A DNA stretch of 63,019 nt, counting the filler, from Stramenopiles sp. TOSAG23-2 (taxonomy: Eukaryota), in assembly GCA_900128395.1 (NCBI GenBank). It is 8 parts of 8 records of this genome, joined end to end, with 100 filler letters (N's around TTAATTAATTAA, not from the genome) between each part and the next. Parts side by side here need not be neighbours in the genome. Positions count along the whole stretch, not along the records: positions 35,238 to 43,914 come from LT650175.1; positions 44,015 to 52,684 come from LT650176.1; positions 52,785 to 61,453 come from LT650177.1; 5 more parts are not named here. One strand, given 5' to 3'. This document shows, piece after piece, positions 42,317-55,003 of this stretch (position 1 is its first letter; each line of letters opens with the position of its first letter). Position numbers and translations under genes: made by a program. A model generated the notes under the pieces. That model did no database searches and was not told the origin of the DNA. It saw only the letters and a program-made list of their open reading frames with translations.

Positions 42317-43515
42317 TCAAAAAAGAATATTACGTGTGACCCCAATAGCTATTCCACCTAAAAACATACATGCAGTCCCAATCATACTCTTTGTTCTTAA
42401 ATGACCCATCCCACTAATACCATGCCCAGAAGTACACCCACATCCGATTCGTGCACCCAATATTATTAAACTACCTCCAACAATTTGTTCTAAACTTGTA
42501 ACATCTTCACTACCGTCATATGGCCATGATTCTGGCCATATAAATAAACCATATGATGCAGTTGCTATTGCTGCTAAAAATACATATAAAAATTCCCACA
42601 AGTCGTTTAATTCTAATTTAATATCATATGATTTTTGTTTCTCAATAGGGACGAAATACATTAACAATTTGGCAGTCGCCGTGTAACCAGGTCTTTGGAG
42701 CGTAGTGTATAAATGAGTGACGATGTGTTAGAAAGGGATATCTTTTTTCGGTTTAGGGGAATAGAATTTACGTACGAAGTTCCTAAATGTTTGCCATGAG
42801 ATAACATTAATGGTATTTGCATACAACCGATAATAGCCCCGCATGCTATTGGATGCCATAGATTTTTTTCTATATGTCTCGGTAAAATTGAATTGCCACT
42901 ACCAGGGGATAGGATATCCACAACAATTGCAATGCCCATTAATAGAATAGACATTATTATGCCAGCTGTTATCCGATTTATATTAAGCCAAGTATGCAAT
43001 GTTAATCGATGTTTTTTTTTTGATGACCATTTTCCAAGCCATGATTGAAATGTTTTTAATGTTGTATTCAAACTTAGAAATATATTTGCACCGATAATTG
43101 CCCCCAAGACCGTGTAAAATCCATTTGGAACGTTACCACTTCCAATTTGTATGAACAATGTCCCTGGACATGCACCACCGATTTCCATACCCATACCAAG
43201 TAAACTTGTTGATACTACTACTGCGGGCAAACCAACTTTATTGGTTTCAAAATATTTTTTTTCCACAACATTCAAATTTTTATTATAACCAAACATATGC
43301 ATAAGAGTAAAAGATAACGTACTAAACGAAGCAGCTGATAAAAACATTTTCAGCATAATATTGCATCTGAATATAAATTGTTCTCGCATAACAGGTACAA
43401 GAAATACACCAGCTTTAAACATTGCCAAACCAAATAAGGACGAACATATTATAATTGTTAATAAAAAGTTCAAAGAGGATGTTTTTTCAATTTTATATTT
43501 CGTTGTCGTTTTCAT
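42317..43515 (-). CDS. YeeE/YedE-family sulfur-compound (thiosulfate) transporter; 2 exons
   Basis: GMGMEIGGACPGT and GARIGCGCTSGHGISG. Removing intron 42693-42775 gives HLGTS|PGYTATAKLLMYF and fuses the two ORFs. Confidence 0.9.
42693..42775 (-). mobile_element. Spliceosomal intron, introner-like family copy 3 (83 nt)
   Basis: gtacgtaaattctattcccctaaaccgaaaaaagatatccctttctaacacatcgtcactcatttatacactacgctccaaag; phase 2; homologous to copies 1 and 2. Confidence 0.87.
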
Positions 43516-44244
43516 TTTATATTAGATGTCTATATATATTTTGTATTCCCAATATAATCTCTTTGTTACTGCTTCAACACTATTTCATTTATAAAGGAAA
43601 AAGATGAAGAAAAGGGAAGAAGTGATGTACTGGGAAAAGAAGAAGAAACCATCCTCTCCTTTTGCATTTGTAGCATTCATTACTAAAAAAGAAATATACA
43701 AAATAATTGCTTTTTATTTTTTGCTACTATTATTTATTTCGCTTTTTCTTCTTTCTTCGGCGTGGGGAGCACTGGACTTTTTATTAAAGGTTGCTACCAG
43801 CTACCAGGTATAGACTTTGCAGCGTACGTAATTGTACTTGTTAGAATACGCACATACCAGGCTAAATTACTGGCGCAGTATTGGCAATGGCAATGGCAAA
43901 CCAAGCCAAACGTGNNNNNNNNNNNNNNNNNNNNNNNNNNNNNNNNNNNNNNNNNNNNTTAATTAATTAANNNNNNNNNNNNNNNNNNNNNNNNNNNNNN
44001 NNNNNNNNNNNNNNTGTATTTACATTAGAACCAAATATAAATATGTATAAATGGTCAGAAAAAAATTCAATTTTTTGGTTTGTGGATTTGTCTTTTGAAA
44101 TATTATGAATTAAAAATTGGTGTACAAAATATTAACGTACTAAGACGAAGAGACAAAAGATCACTACTTATACATATATACATATATACATATATACATA
44201 TATACACAAAACATACACAGGTATATAAAAAAATAAAAACAACA

Positions 44245-45784
44245 ATGGCGTCATTCTTACAAAAAGTATTCGATACGTTATCAGTAACAAATGCAGCAGA
44301 GGAAGATCGTAGACAACGCGAACGTGTATATTTATTACAGCAATTAAAAAATAGCTCAAAACGGGTTTTATCCAATTCAGCTGTAGGTGAAAATGCTGGC
44401 AGAATCAAATCAAGCGATCCTTTTGCAGAAACTTTATGCAATGATATATTAGCGTGTTTATTGCACGGTCTGAAACCAAATATAAAAAATGGATTATGGG
44501 GCATTGCAAATAAGGCCTGCAAACGAATTTTGTCAAAGCAGCAACTACTACAACAAAACGGTACTAATAATTCAAATATTTCAAAAGAAGAGCCTTTTCT
44601 TGATAGTGTTCAAGCTATTAGTTTATTAGATTTTGTAAAGACCCCGGAGGGAAAGAGTCGTGCATGGATCAGGCAAGCATTGAATATAAAGGCCATGGCT
44701 GACATTATAAGTATACTGCTTAAAGACGCGCCATTATTAGGATTTAGCTACGAAAAATTTAGTTTGATACGTTGTCCAAAAGGTTCCCAGTTGTTTGTTA
44801 GTATGGTTGCACCACTCGGTATTTTTGATTTTTGTTTTGATGTTGATTTAGCTTTGTTTGACCATCAAAATTTTCCAACACTCCCAGCAGAAGTATTTTC
44901 AACGCAAGATAATCAGAAAAAGACTAGATCACAATCATCACGTAGGAAGAAAGGAAATAGCAACAATAGCATGGAAAATAACAGTAACTTACCTTTGTCA
45001 GATGCAGAACAAGCAATACAAAATAAATTATGGCAAAGGCATACAAGCGAAGAGCAAGATAATCAAAGTGATATTAATAACACTAATTATTCCTCATCGA
45101 CATCAACAGCATTTTTCAATACAATGTCTATGATTAGTCGAGTAGCAAAGAACACCGCAATAAGCTTAACAAAAGACGCATCATCAGCATTTGATTTAGT
45201 TATTGATGGATTTGCATCAAGCAAAAGATTACAACAAGCATGTGGTTTTGAAGTTGAATTATCAGTATTATTGCGCAGTCCATTTCATTGCAGGTATGCT
45301 CGTTTAGATCCCAGACTTGGCATACCACGAATAGTTGAACAATGTTTACAATCATTAGAAAGTGGTAATGGTTTAGATACTACTAATTTATTTCATGTTC
45401 CACCTACAGAAGCTGATGTATTAGCCATGAAAGAAGCATATGGTTCAGGTAGGAAAATACCAACTAGTATATTTTCATCACACGCAACAGCTGCATTATT
45501 ATTGTCCTTTTTAATAAGTATACCAGATAATCTTATTCCACTTGTCCATCGTCCACCATTAATAATGTGTGCTACCCAAATTGAAGAGATAAGTGCTAGA
45601 AACAGGAATGTCTCATTTCGCTTGCAAGAATTACCATGGGGAAATCAACCAATATTATTGAATTTAATATTGTTTTTTAGAAAACTTATGGAAATAGAAC
45701 ATACTGTTAATAATGGACTAGATATAGAAAAAGTTAGTATTTTATTTGGAAAAATCTTATTCGGTGTTCAATATGATGCTGCAC

Positions 45785-45821
<37 letters not shown>

Positions 45822-47475
45822 TTTTGGAAATAGTGATCAAAATAATAATAGTAATAATGATGATAATGCTGACGAAGATGATTTAAATCGAAGGAGGTCC
45901 ATATCAGAATTAATTATGACATCTAAAGTATATTCTGACGATGAAATTGAAACTGCAAAAATTATATTAACAGGGGGTGAAGAAATTATTCGTGGTCTCG
46001 TAAAAAATCAAGATAATTATCAATTGCAGTTGAAGAACAAAGTAGAATTTTTAAAACTACAATACGAAAATCAATTTACACCTTTTAATAGTCGTAACCC
46101 ACAGCATGTGTCGTGCATGAGGAAATTTTGGCAAATCTTGTTTCCATTGGTTATCCTAGATAAAGAATCAATAGAAAATCACAGTGAATTTAGTTTATTC
46201 ACTGGTATATGGAGTCGTTTTGGTTTTCGTGGATCTGATCCCACTATTGATTTAAGAGGTGGAGGAATCTTTGCATTAGAGCAATTGGTATACATGTGCG
46301 AAAATTATACTGAATATTTTGTAAAGTGTTTAAAATGGCAATATGACACAAGTGTAGAAACGCCATTGGATGCATATCCAATAATTATTACATTTATTAG
46401 GGTATGTAGAATTGCAAATGAGATTATGAAATTGCATGTTGTAGCGGACAAAGGTAATAATAATAATGATAAAACTCGAAATGATAAAGGAAAAAATAAC
46501 AACGTTGGATTTTCAGTCAAACATATAAGTGCAGGACCATGTTGGCAATTACTCGATAATGGAGAAGTTGCTATTGGGGAACTATGCAGTCTTGCTTTTA
46601 TGGTATTTCATAAGAATTGGATATTAGACGAATCACATTTTGTTGATTATGAAAATGCATTGGATAGCTTACAAAAACACTTAAGTGATAGCATAACGAA
46701 GAAACATCCAGGCACTGTTAGCGAATTATGGGCATTGACGGGTAAAAATATCGAATCCAATCGTAAAAAAAAGAAAAAAACAAATGATAATATTCATATT
46801 ATTGGCCGTAGCTCTCGTACAAATAGCAAAGTTTCTGTTCCTTCAGAGACAGATGAGGATGGCGATGGTCTTGAATCGTTGAAAAAACGCGAGCCAACTC
46901 TTCATGCGAATGAACCTGGATCGCCATTATTAATGGACTCGTATATTTTAGAATTTTCCCATGTTGCAAAAATTGTATTAAATTTACCGTTGCAATATAG
47001 AGAGTATTCATGGAAGTGTGCATATTCTTTAGTAAGAGATGGTAAAAGCTATGCAACTTTGTACAAGAAAATTAAAGGATTCCAAGGATCGCTTTTAATT
47101 ATTAAAGATTCTGGAGGCCATGTATTTGGTGGATTCGCAAGACAGCCATGGTCCATGACCCATGAAGGTTATTATGGAACTGGCGAGACGTTTGTATTTA
47201 CATTAGAACCAAATATAAATATGTATAAATGGTCAGAAAAAAATTCATTGTTCATGATGTTAAACGACAAAGCAATAGCAATGGGCGGTGGTGGCTCTTT
47301 TGCGATTTATCTTGATAATAATTTATATTATGGGACAAGTGGTAATTGCGAAACATTTAATAGCCCATCCCTTTCATCACCAATTTCATTACTAAAAAAT
47401 AGCGATAGCTTGATTAAAGACAGTAGCAGTAAATTTGTATGCGTTGATTTAGAAATATGGGTATTCGACGTTTAA
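44245..47475 (+). CDS. Multidomain RUN - RhoGAP-like - ELMO - TLDc protein
   Basis: RUN (LLHGLK, GKSRAWIRQALN), RhoGAP-like (GIPRIVEQCL...NGLD), ELMO (GFRGSDPTIDLRGGG), TLDc (RDGKS, VFGGF, YYGTGETFVF). ATG at 44245 after aaaacaaca. Confidence 0.88.
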
Positions 47476-47757
47476 GATAAGTGTGTGTATGTGTGTGTGT
47501 GTGTGTACATTAAAAATATTTGGTTTACATAATATTATTTTTGTGTCTTTGTTTTTTTGGCACTTTTTGACCATTATTTTTGCCACACCACAACACACAA
47601 TTATTCATCAAATACAAGTATATGTATCTCATTCAATTCAATAATAATATTTTTTTTTATAAAAATAATAATATCTAGAACCTTCACGAACTATTTATTA
47701 ATATCACATTTTAAAAGAATCAATAAAACTAAATGTAAATAATCACTTAAAAATAAT

Positions 47758-48372
47758 ATGTCTAGAAAACGTTTCAATAAAGATGGATCTTGCATTGCTA
47801 CGAATGCAAAAGAAAATAACGAACAACAATCTCCTCCTCCTCCTAATACAACAACTAACACAATGATGTTAAATTACAATGTAATAAATAATAAGACAAT
47901 TTTTCAAAATATAGATACAACTATTCCAAAACAAGATTCGAATTTTTATAAAGACAACGATAATGAAAAAGTGATTTTAAATAATTTGCATGATAGAATT
48001 AAAAAGTTAGAACGTCTGAAGGATGAGTGGGAAAATCTAGTCATAGAAGGTGATATACTTGAAAAATCATATATGAATATAGGTAATAGTGGTGATAGTA
48101 AATTATACAGTTTGTTTCCAGCTGTATTTGAATGTAAAGAAATTTTCCGTATTAAATATAAAGACAACTTAGATAAGATGGAGGCATGCATTGGTGAGAT
48201 AGCCGAACATTATATTCAATTGAAAGATAGAATATGCGTCATCGAAGGAGTGATTACTGAGTTACAGAAAATAAATCACCCGGTTACAGATGTAATTAAT
48301 ACGAAGAAAGATGTTTTAAAGATTTTATATGCAATTTCTCAACATGTAGATACAATATTTTCAAAATCATGA
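47758..48372 (+). CDS. Hypothetical protein, predicted helical/coiled coil
   Basis: ATG-initiated 204-aa ORF with host-like composition. Confidence 0.6.
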   Translation: MSRKRFNKDGSCIATNAKENNEQQSPPPPNTTTNTMMLNYNVINNKTIFQNIDTTIPKQDSNFYKDNDNEKVILNNLHDRIKKLERLKDEWENLVIEGDILEKSYMNIGNSGDSKLYSLFPAVFECKEIFRIKYKDNLDKMEACIGEIAEHYIQLKDRICVIEGVITELQKINHPVTDVINTKKDVLKILYAISQHVDTIFSKS

Positions 48373-48535
48373 ATTGAAGATAATAATAATAAAAATGGAA
48401 ATAGAATCCGATAAAAAATAAAGAAAGAGGAGAGATTATAATTGCGAGTCATATGTAGTTCATTATAATATAATATACACATTATATATATACAAAATAT
48501 TACGACTCCCTTTTCTCTTGCATGTCCCTTTTCAA

Positions 48536-51500
48536 TCAATCTACAATTTCTCCATCTTCTAATTCTTCATATCCAATTCTATTTTTAGCTGATGTCTTTA
48601 TTGTGCTTGAAACAATTATTTGCTGTGGTAGTAATAGCGGAGGAGCATTTGCAGGAGGAGGTTGAAGCAATGGTGGAACAATTTTCTTCCCAATAGTAGT
48701 ATTAATAAGCGCATTACCAATATTCATATTTCCATTACTACTATTAACTATTCCATGACTATTAATTAAAGTAACAACAGGATTTTGATGATTAAGTCTA
48801 CCAAAATTTTGCTTTATCGACAGATCTATTTGCTTTGCAGTATCAAGTACATTCACTGGCCGTGACATCATTGATGGAAAATGTTGTTGTTTTGGTAGTA
48901 CAATTGATGTCGTGGTGACAATTGGTGTTGTGAGGCTCGTAGTGGGTAGTGCCAAAGATGCGTTTTTAATAGTGCCAACAATACCACTGCTACTGCTATT
49001 GCCAGTTGTGCCAACGATTACATTATTATTATTATTGTTCATAATCGCTTTTCTAAAATTTAATTTCGTTTTATCGATACATATGTACTTTCCATTTTGT
49101 TCAACATGTTTGATCAAGTCGTTCCACATTTCCGACGTTTCTAATGAGGTTTTCCTACCAACAACTAATAATGAATATTTTGCACGTGTCAGCGCTACAT
49201 TTAATCGTTGTCTATCATGTATAAACCCAATCCCCTTTTCGCTTGAATTTGCATCACCACGCACGGTGCTTACGATAATTATGTCTTTCTCCTGCCCTTG
49301 AAACCCATCAACAGTACGTATAACATGATTCGCTTGAACATTGATATTATTTTGTACATGTTGTAGTTGATTTTTTCCTTTACTTAGATATGGAATTAAA
49401 ATTGTATCATATTTCTGCCGCAACAATTTTACTTGCTCCGCATACATTGATATAATACCAATCCTCTCCAAGCTTATGTCGTTTGGGAATGTAAGCAATA
49501 AGTTAATCAATAAGTTAATACAATAATTGGCTTCATTTTCATTCTTATACGATAATGTTTTCTCGGTCAAAGATTCTTGACTAATTGGCAAGTCGTAGAA
49601 TACTAATGGGGAATATTCATTGTACTTGTGATAATTTTTACCAAATTTCTCCTTTGGCAATCCATTTTTCAACCGGTTACCATAAAAATATTGAGATGGA
49701 AACGAGCATATCAAAGGATGCATCCGATATTGATACAATAAAAAATGAACGTCATGCCCACCACGCTGCAATCGTTCAAACAAGGATTGGTGGTACAACA
49801 TGTTACTACCAGCACCATTTTTGCAATGAACTACAGCTGATAATTGCTGCGGATCGCCGCACAAAATGCATTGATCGCATCCAAGTTTTAATGGTATTAA
49901 CGTTGAAATTTCTGTACTTTGAGCTGCTTCATCAATTAAACAAACATTGAATCGATTTTCAGATAAAATTCGCAGTCCAGTTGAACTTAATGTGCTAAAT
50001 ACTATTTCAGCCCTTCCAATAAATTTCATGTATAAATAATTCTTAATATCATTAATATTACCATGTCTATTTCGATTGTTGTATCTGCTGTTATTGTTCT
50101 TATTGAATTGTTGTTGAGACAATTGATCACCAATGTACTCTCGTATTTCCAGCTCAAAACATGCATCATCATAATTACCTTTACAAGCAATGAATCTCCG
50201 TTTTAATTCTTCACCTTTTTCTTTGGTAATTTTCATTGCATTGACTGGATTCATTAATTTAAAAAAATAAAGTTTAAATATCTCCAACATGCTCTGTTTT
50301 GCTTCATTTTTTTTGTTTCTATGATAATTAGTCTCTAGGTACAATTTATTGGGATTATCTATTAATCTTAGCATGTTGTGTACTTCAGCTTCACCATTGA
50401 TATTGCTTACTTTTGAACTCTGTCCACTGCCAATTCGTATCATTCGCGGATGAAATTTATTTTGTCGACCATCAACAAATTTATTTATTAATATGCGATA
50501 TGCAACATTATCAACTGCGGCGTTTGAAGGTGCACACATTAATATTCTTGGTTTTGGCGGTAATTCTAGTTCACAAAATTTCTTCCACCAATACTCTGGA
50601 TCGGCAAACATCCTATTGTTTTCCATTTTAAAAGAATTGAAATGGCTATTACTACTATCCAATAAATTCCCAGTTGTTGCATCGAAACTACATTGTTTTC
50701 TTAATTTTCCCATCAACTTTAAAAAGTTTCTATGCAATTTTTTATGATTCTTACCAAATATATGAAGATGTAATGTATTCAAGACACCTAATAATGTCTG
50801 TGTTTTACCAGTACCTGGAGGTCCTTGTATCAACGTAAAACCTTTTTGTGTTGCAGATGTAATAATAGCATCGTATTGCGGTCGGTTATAATTTTCTTTT
50901 AAATATGATCTAAAATCACTACTTAATGTCAAATCGTTTTCATTACCAATGGCTAGCACATCATCATCATTTGTAGTGGTAGTACTTGTAGAATTGCCAC
51001 GTGATTTCCCTTTTTTTGATTTTGGAGGTGGTGATTTAATATCCAAACCTTGATTGTGTAATAATGAATCTAAAATATTCAATCTACCAACATGTAATAA
51101 TGCATCATATTCTCTTTGTGCTGTATTTAAAGAATCAATTAACCATCCACATATACGACGATTTGCAAAATTATTATTACTGTTATTATTACTAAAGCTG
51201 GAAAAAATATTTTCAAAACGTTTTGATGATACCTGTATACTCAATTGAAACAAAACTTGTTCACCAATATGTAACGTAGCATTTGATGGAAGACTGTAAG
51301 TCGATGGATTTTGTATATATTTAACATGTTTAACAATACCAAATGCAGCTGGTGAAAATGCATATAATTCTTCTTCAATAATTATATTACTATTATTATT
51401 ATCCTTATTAAGATGAAGACTTTGTGAATTTTTATCAGTATCTTTACTTTCTTTCTTCACTACATTATTACGAAATTTACCAAATGTATGTTTTTCACTA

Positions 51501-52324
51501 AATAAAATTACATCTGAATTACGTATACGATTTCGCATGTTATTCTTATTATTGTATTTCTTTTTACCATTGTTTGATAAATTGTGTATTTGTGAATCTA
51601 GTACATTATTTTCAAAATATCCACTTTGTTGATTGCCAACTATTACTAAATTTAAAATGTTGGAGGAGGATGAATTATGACCATGGTTGTTATTATTAAT
51701 ATTCCCCCCTGTTGATAAAATAATAAAACGTAGTGGTGGCGTCTTTGGAACAATTTTATTAAGATGATCAACATCACGAGTTAAGCGACTTGTTTGAGAA
51801 CGCACTTGCGCAATACTTTCATTAATATGTAATGGCAAAAATGTACTTATATATGCATTTGCACTTGGAAATCCTTTTTGGACTCGATTCAATCTTTTGG
51901 CAAGTGGGGATGGCAATGCATTGGAAAAAGGATCAATTTCAGCTACCCGTTGAAATAGATTATTACCTATTAATGAATTATTCTTATTGATGTTGTTATA
52001 ATTATTATTATGATTATTACTTCGTATGTGTCTTCGTCCAACTTTTCTTGACGTTGTCGTTTTCATTGTTTGTTTTTCATTCACATTAATTTTTAAAGTC
52101 GACTTTGTCACCTTTGCGTTAGAAGTTAAATCGACAATTGGACCATTATATTTCTCTATCCTACGGCTACTGCTACCATAAGTAAAACCGTTTCTGTTAT
52201 TATTCCTACTACTACTTCGACTACTATTGAAATATGATGTTTTTCTTCTTTTCCCTTTATTATTAATTTTGTTAATTTCTTCTGGTTTTAAAAATTTGAT
52301 TCCTTTTGGTTTCTTTCGTTTCAT
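48536..52324 (-). CDS. Sen1/senataxin-like SF1 (Upf1-like) helicase
   Basis: IQGPPGTGKT, CAPSNAAVD, IDEAAQ, GDPQQL, QYRMHP, TVDGFQGQEKD, RLNVALTRAK. Confidence 0.93.
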   Translation of the reverse strand: MKRKKPKGIKFLKPEEINKINNKGKRRKTSYFNSSRSSSRNNNRNGFTYGSSSRRIEKYNGPIVDLTSNAKVTKSTLKINVNEKQTMKTTTSRKVGRRHIRSNNHNNNYNNINKNNSLIGNNLFQRVAEIDPFSNALPSPLAKRLNRVQKGFPSANAYISTFLPLHINESIAQVRSQTSRLTRDVDHLNKIVPKTPPLRFIILSTGGNINNNNHGHNSSSSNILNLVIVGNQQSGYFENNVLDSQIHNLSNNGKKKYNNKNNMRNRIRNSDVILFSEKHTFGKFRNNVVKKESKDTDKNSQSLHLNKDNNNSNIIIEEELYAFSPAAFGIVKHVKYIQNPSTYSLPSNATLHIGEQVLFQLSIQVSSKRFENIFSSFSNNNSNNNFANRRICGWLIDSLNTAQREYDALLHVGRLNILDSLLHNQGLDIKSPPPKSKKGKSRGNSTSTTTTNDDDVLAIGNENDLTLSSDFRSYLKENYNRPQYDAIITSATQKGFTLIQGPPGTGKTQTLLGVLNTLHLHIFGKNHKKLHRNFLKLMGKLRKQCSFDATTGNLLDSSNSHFNSFKMENNRMFADPEYWWKKFCELELPPKPRILMCAPSNAAVDNVAYRILINKFVDGRQNKFHPRMIRIGSGQSSKVSNINGEAEVHNMLRLIDNPNKLYLETNYHRNKKNEAKQSMLEIFKLYFFKLMNPVNAMKITKEKGEELKRRFIACKGNYDDACFELEIREYIGDQLSQQQFNKNNNSRYNNRNRHGNINDIKNYLYMKFIGRAEIVFSTLSSTGLRILSENRFNVCLIDEAAQSTEISTLIPLKLGCDQCILCGDPQQLSAVVHCKNGAGSNMLYHQSLFERLQRGGHDVHFLLYQYRMHPLICSFPSQYFYGNRLKNGLPKEKFGKNYHKYNEYSPLVFYDLPISQESLTEKTLSYKNENEANYCINLLINLLLTFPNDISLERIGIISMYAEQVKLLRQKYDTILIPYLSKGKNQLQHVQNNINVQANHVIRTVDGFQGQEKDIIIVSTVRGDANSSEKGIGFIHDRQRLNVALTRAKYSLLVVGRKTSLETSEMWNDLIKHVEQNGKYICIDKTKLNFRKAIMNNNNNNVIVGTTGNSSSSGIVGTIKNASLALPTTSLTTPIVTTTSIVLPKQQHFPSMMSRPVNVLDTAKQIDLSIKQNFGRLNHQNPVVTLINSHGIVNSSNGNMNIGNALINTTIGKKIVPPLLQPPPANAPPLLLPQQIIVSSTIKTSAKNRIGYEELEDGEIVD

Positions 52325-53092
52325 AATGCAGTATCTTTTTCACAACAGCGATTTATCGTTATCGTTTTTCTTATTATGTACAAATGTAGATATGTATGAA
52401 GTGGAAAGAATGGTATATAAATGTGTTTGTATATTTTGTTAATGATTGATTGATTGATTTTATTAGTTGTTTGACTTCTGCCAGTCTGACTTCTGATTCA
52501 ATTTTCGATCATCACCAAATCGATTTATTGATTTTATACTTACTCGTAGTGTTTTGATAGTACATATAAATATCGGGTTGATAATGATCGAAAATAAACA
52601 TACCAAACATGCATCGAAGTATGGACTAGGAAGCAGGCGTTGTTCTAAGATATCTAAAGTAATCATATTGGTGATTATTTTTATNNNNNNNNNNNNNNNN
52701 NNNNNNNNNNNNNNNNNNNNNNNNNNNNTTAATTAATTAANNNNNNNNNNNNNNNNNNNNNNNNNNNNNNNNNNNNNNNNNNNNATATAATACAGTATAT
52801 TATAGTACTATAATAGGGTTGGACCGTAAAAAAAAAATAATATCTTTTTGCCTTTTTTGCGGATTGCAATGCTAATCCTATAATAAATCTTTTGTTCATA
52901 AATAATATCTATTTGTTGTTGTTGATAGACGACGAATAAGTGGGTGATGGTTTCACAATGTGATGATGTACATTTGTATGTATTATATATATTTGCGTGG
53001 ATATGTTTGTAGCATAGGCAGTATTATTGCTAGTATATTTATTATATTAAAAACAAAACTGAAGGAAATATATAATATATTTAAAAAACAAT

Positions 53093-54620
53093 ATGTCATC
53101 GTCTTTTCCTATTCATTCACCAACAACGCACCCGTCGTCTAAAAATTTAAAGGCATTAGTGGAAATGTTACATGACCTTGTTGATACACAGAAAATACCA
53201 CACTCGATCATTATGGTTGGAAAAGAAAATAAATTGATATTATGTGATGCATATGGTCACCAATCAATAGAAGAGAAGACAAATGTTATATGTAACGAAG
53301 GAAAAGGCAAAGATACTATTAATCGTACATTTAGTATGACAAAACCTATATTAGCGTTTACAACAATGGTATTGCATGAAAAGAAAATATTAAATATTGA
53401 TTTTCCAATTACAAGATATATGATGAATAATGAACCATATAAATTGGATAATTTAAAGTTAAGACCATTGTTTGGATCACCGGAAGTTATGCAAAAATCA
53501 TTTGATGAGTTGCCATCACCAGCACGAGAAATTACTATACGACATTTGTTAATGCATGTCTCTGGTATTTATCCAGATATTGAAGCAATATATTCATATA
53601 TAACAACAAGAATGGATGAAGAAAAAGTAACAGATCCACAAAATGTCTTGGAAATGTTTGCTTTATTGACTTGTAAGTTTTTCTCTATTTGTATATATAT
53701 ATATATATTAGATCTTATATTCATTATCACATTTACTCACATATTTCTAACATTGTATATACATATATGATATAGCACAATTTCCATTAATTCATGAGCC
53801 TGGTGAAACATGGAATTATGCATTAGGATTTGATTTATTAGGTTATGTAATATCACAAGCATGTAATGAACCGTTAGATGTAGTTATGAAAAAACATGTA
53901 TTTGATCCATTAGATATGAATGATACTGGATTCCGTATACCAAGAGAAAACATTGATCGTTTTGCAGATATGTATATTTCAACACAAGGTCGTGGTGATA
54001 ATGCATTTATGAATGTTTCGGATCAAATGGGTTCTGGAAAAATTTATAGAACTAAAAATACTTTTGATGTCCCTTCAAGATTTTATTATGGTGGGTCGGA
54101 AGGTCTCATAACGACAGCATGTGATTATTATAAATTTGCAACATGTTTATGTAATAATGGATTAGCATTAAATGGAAAGCAAATTATTACAAAGGAAACA
54201 GCAGATATGATGACAACAAATCAATTGCCAGAATTAATTAAACAAATACCAGAAATTTTAACAAAAGAAGATTTATATAATGTACGTAAAAATGGCAGCA
54301 CCGCAAATATCAACGATATAGAACTAGATTATTTTATGGATCCCATTACACTGAAACAAATGGGTATGCGTGGCATGCAATTTGGTCTAGGCGTTAGCAT
54401 ATTACACAAACCATTTCCAGATGGTTTTGGTAATGTTGGGGAGTATGGATGGGGTGGCGCTGGTTCAACAGTTTATTTTTGTGATAAAAAAGAAAAAATT
54501 GTCGTTGTATTTATGACTGAATTATTACAAGGACGTTTAAATATGAAACGAAGAATTAAAGAATGTTTATATGGTGTATCATTTCCAAAAAAGAGTAGAT
54601 CAACCAAGGCGAGGTTGTAA
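53093..54620 (+). CDS. Beta-lactamase-family serine hydrolase with PTS1 (ARL); 2 exons, intron 53673-53775
   Basis: FSMTKP, IRHLLMH. Splicing restores FPLIHEPGETWNY. Also YGWGGAGST; C-terminal ARL. The intron is GTAAGT...ctaac...TAG. Confidence 0.92.
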
Positions 54621-54929
54621 GGGGAGAAAAATATGATGAGAGATAAAGGTTATTTTTCTAAAAGCGTACGAGGTAATATAGTTTTTGTGATATTTTCGTA
54701 AAAATAATACGAAGTATATTATTATTCGAAAGAGTAATATATATTAATACCTCGTATCTCTATATATTTTAATATACAAACACACACATATATGATGTGT
54801 ATTTATGCTTATACTTTTTAACTCTTGGTACTACTGAGATATGCCACATTTTTATTACGCACGTACGCGCGCACCACTCGCTTTTCTTTTTTTATACCGA
54901 ATTAAATTATATATATACGAACGTTCGTA

Positions 54930-54964
<35 letters not shown>

Positions 54965-55003
54965 CGTCGTAAATTTTTTCTACCCCCGTAATTTTTATTT
55001 TTT

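Noticed and set aside
44015-44069. 55-bp direct repeat of 47193-47247 as an LTR or circular element
   Set aside because: It is exactly 55 bp, at a contig end, and copies the middle of the TLDc coding region. It has the same length as the overlap on the viral contig, so it is most likely a k-mer or chimera artefact.
53673-53775. Fourth member of the introner family
   Set aside because: It shares only generic GTAAG/CTAAC/AG signals and a short tctattt. It is phase 1 and TA-rich, with no colinear similarity.
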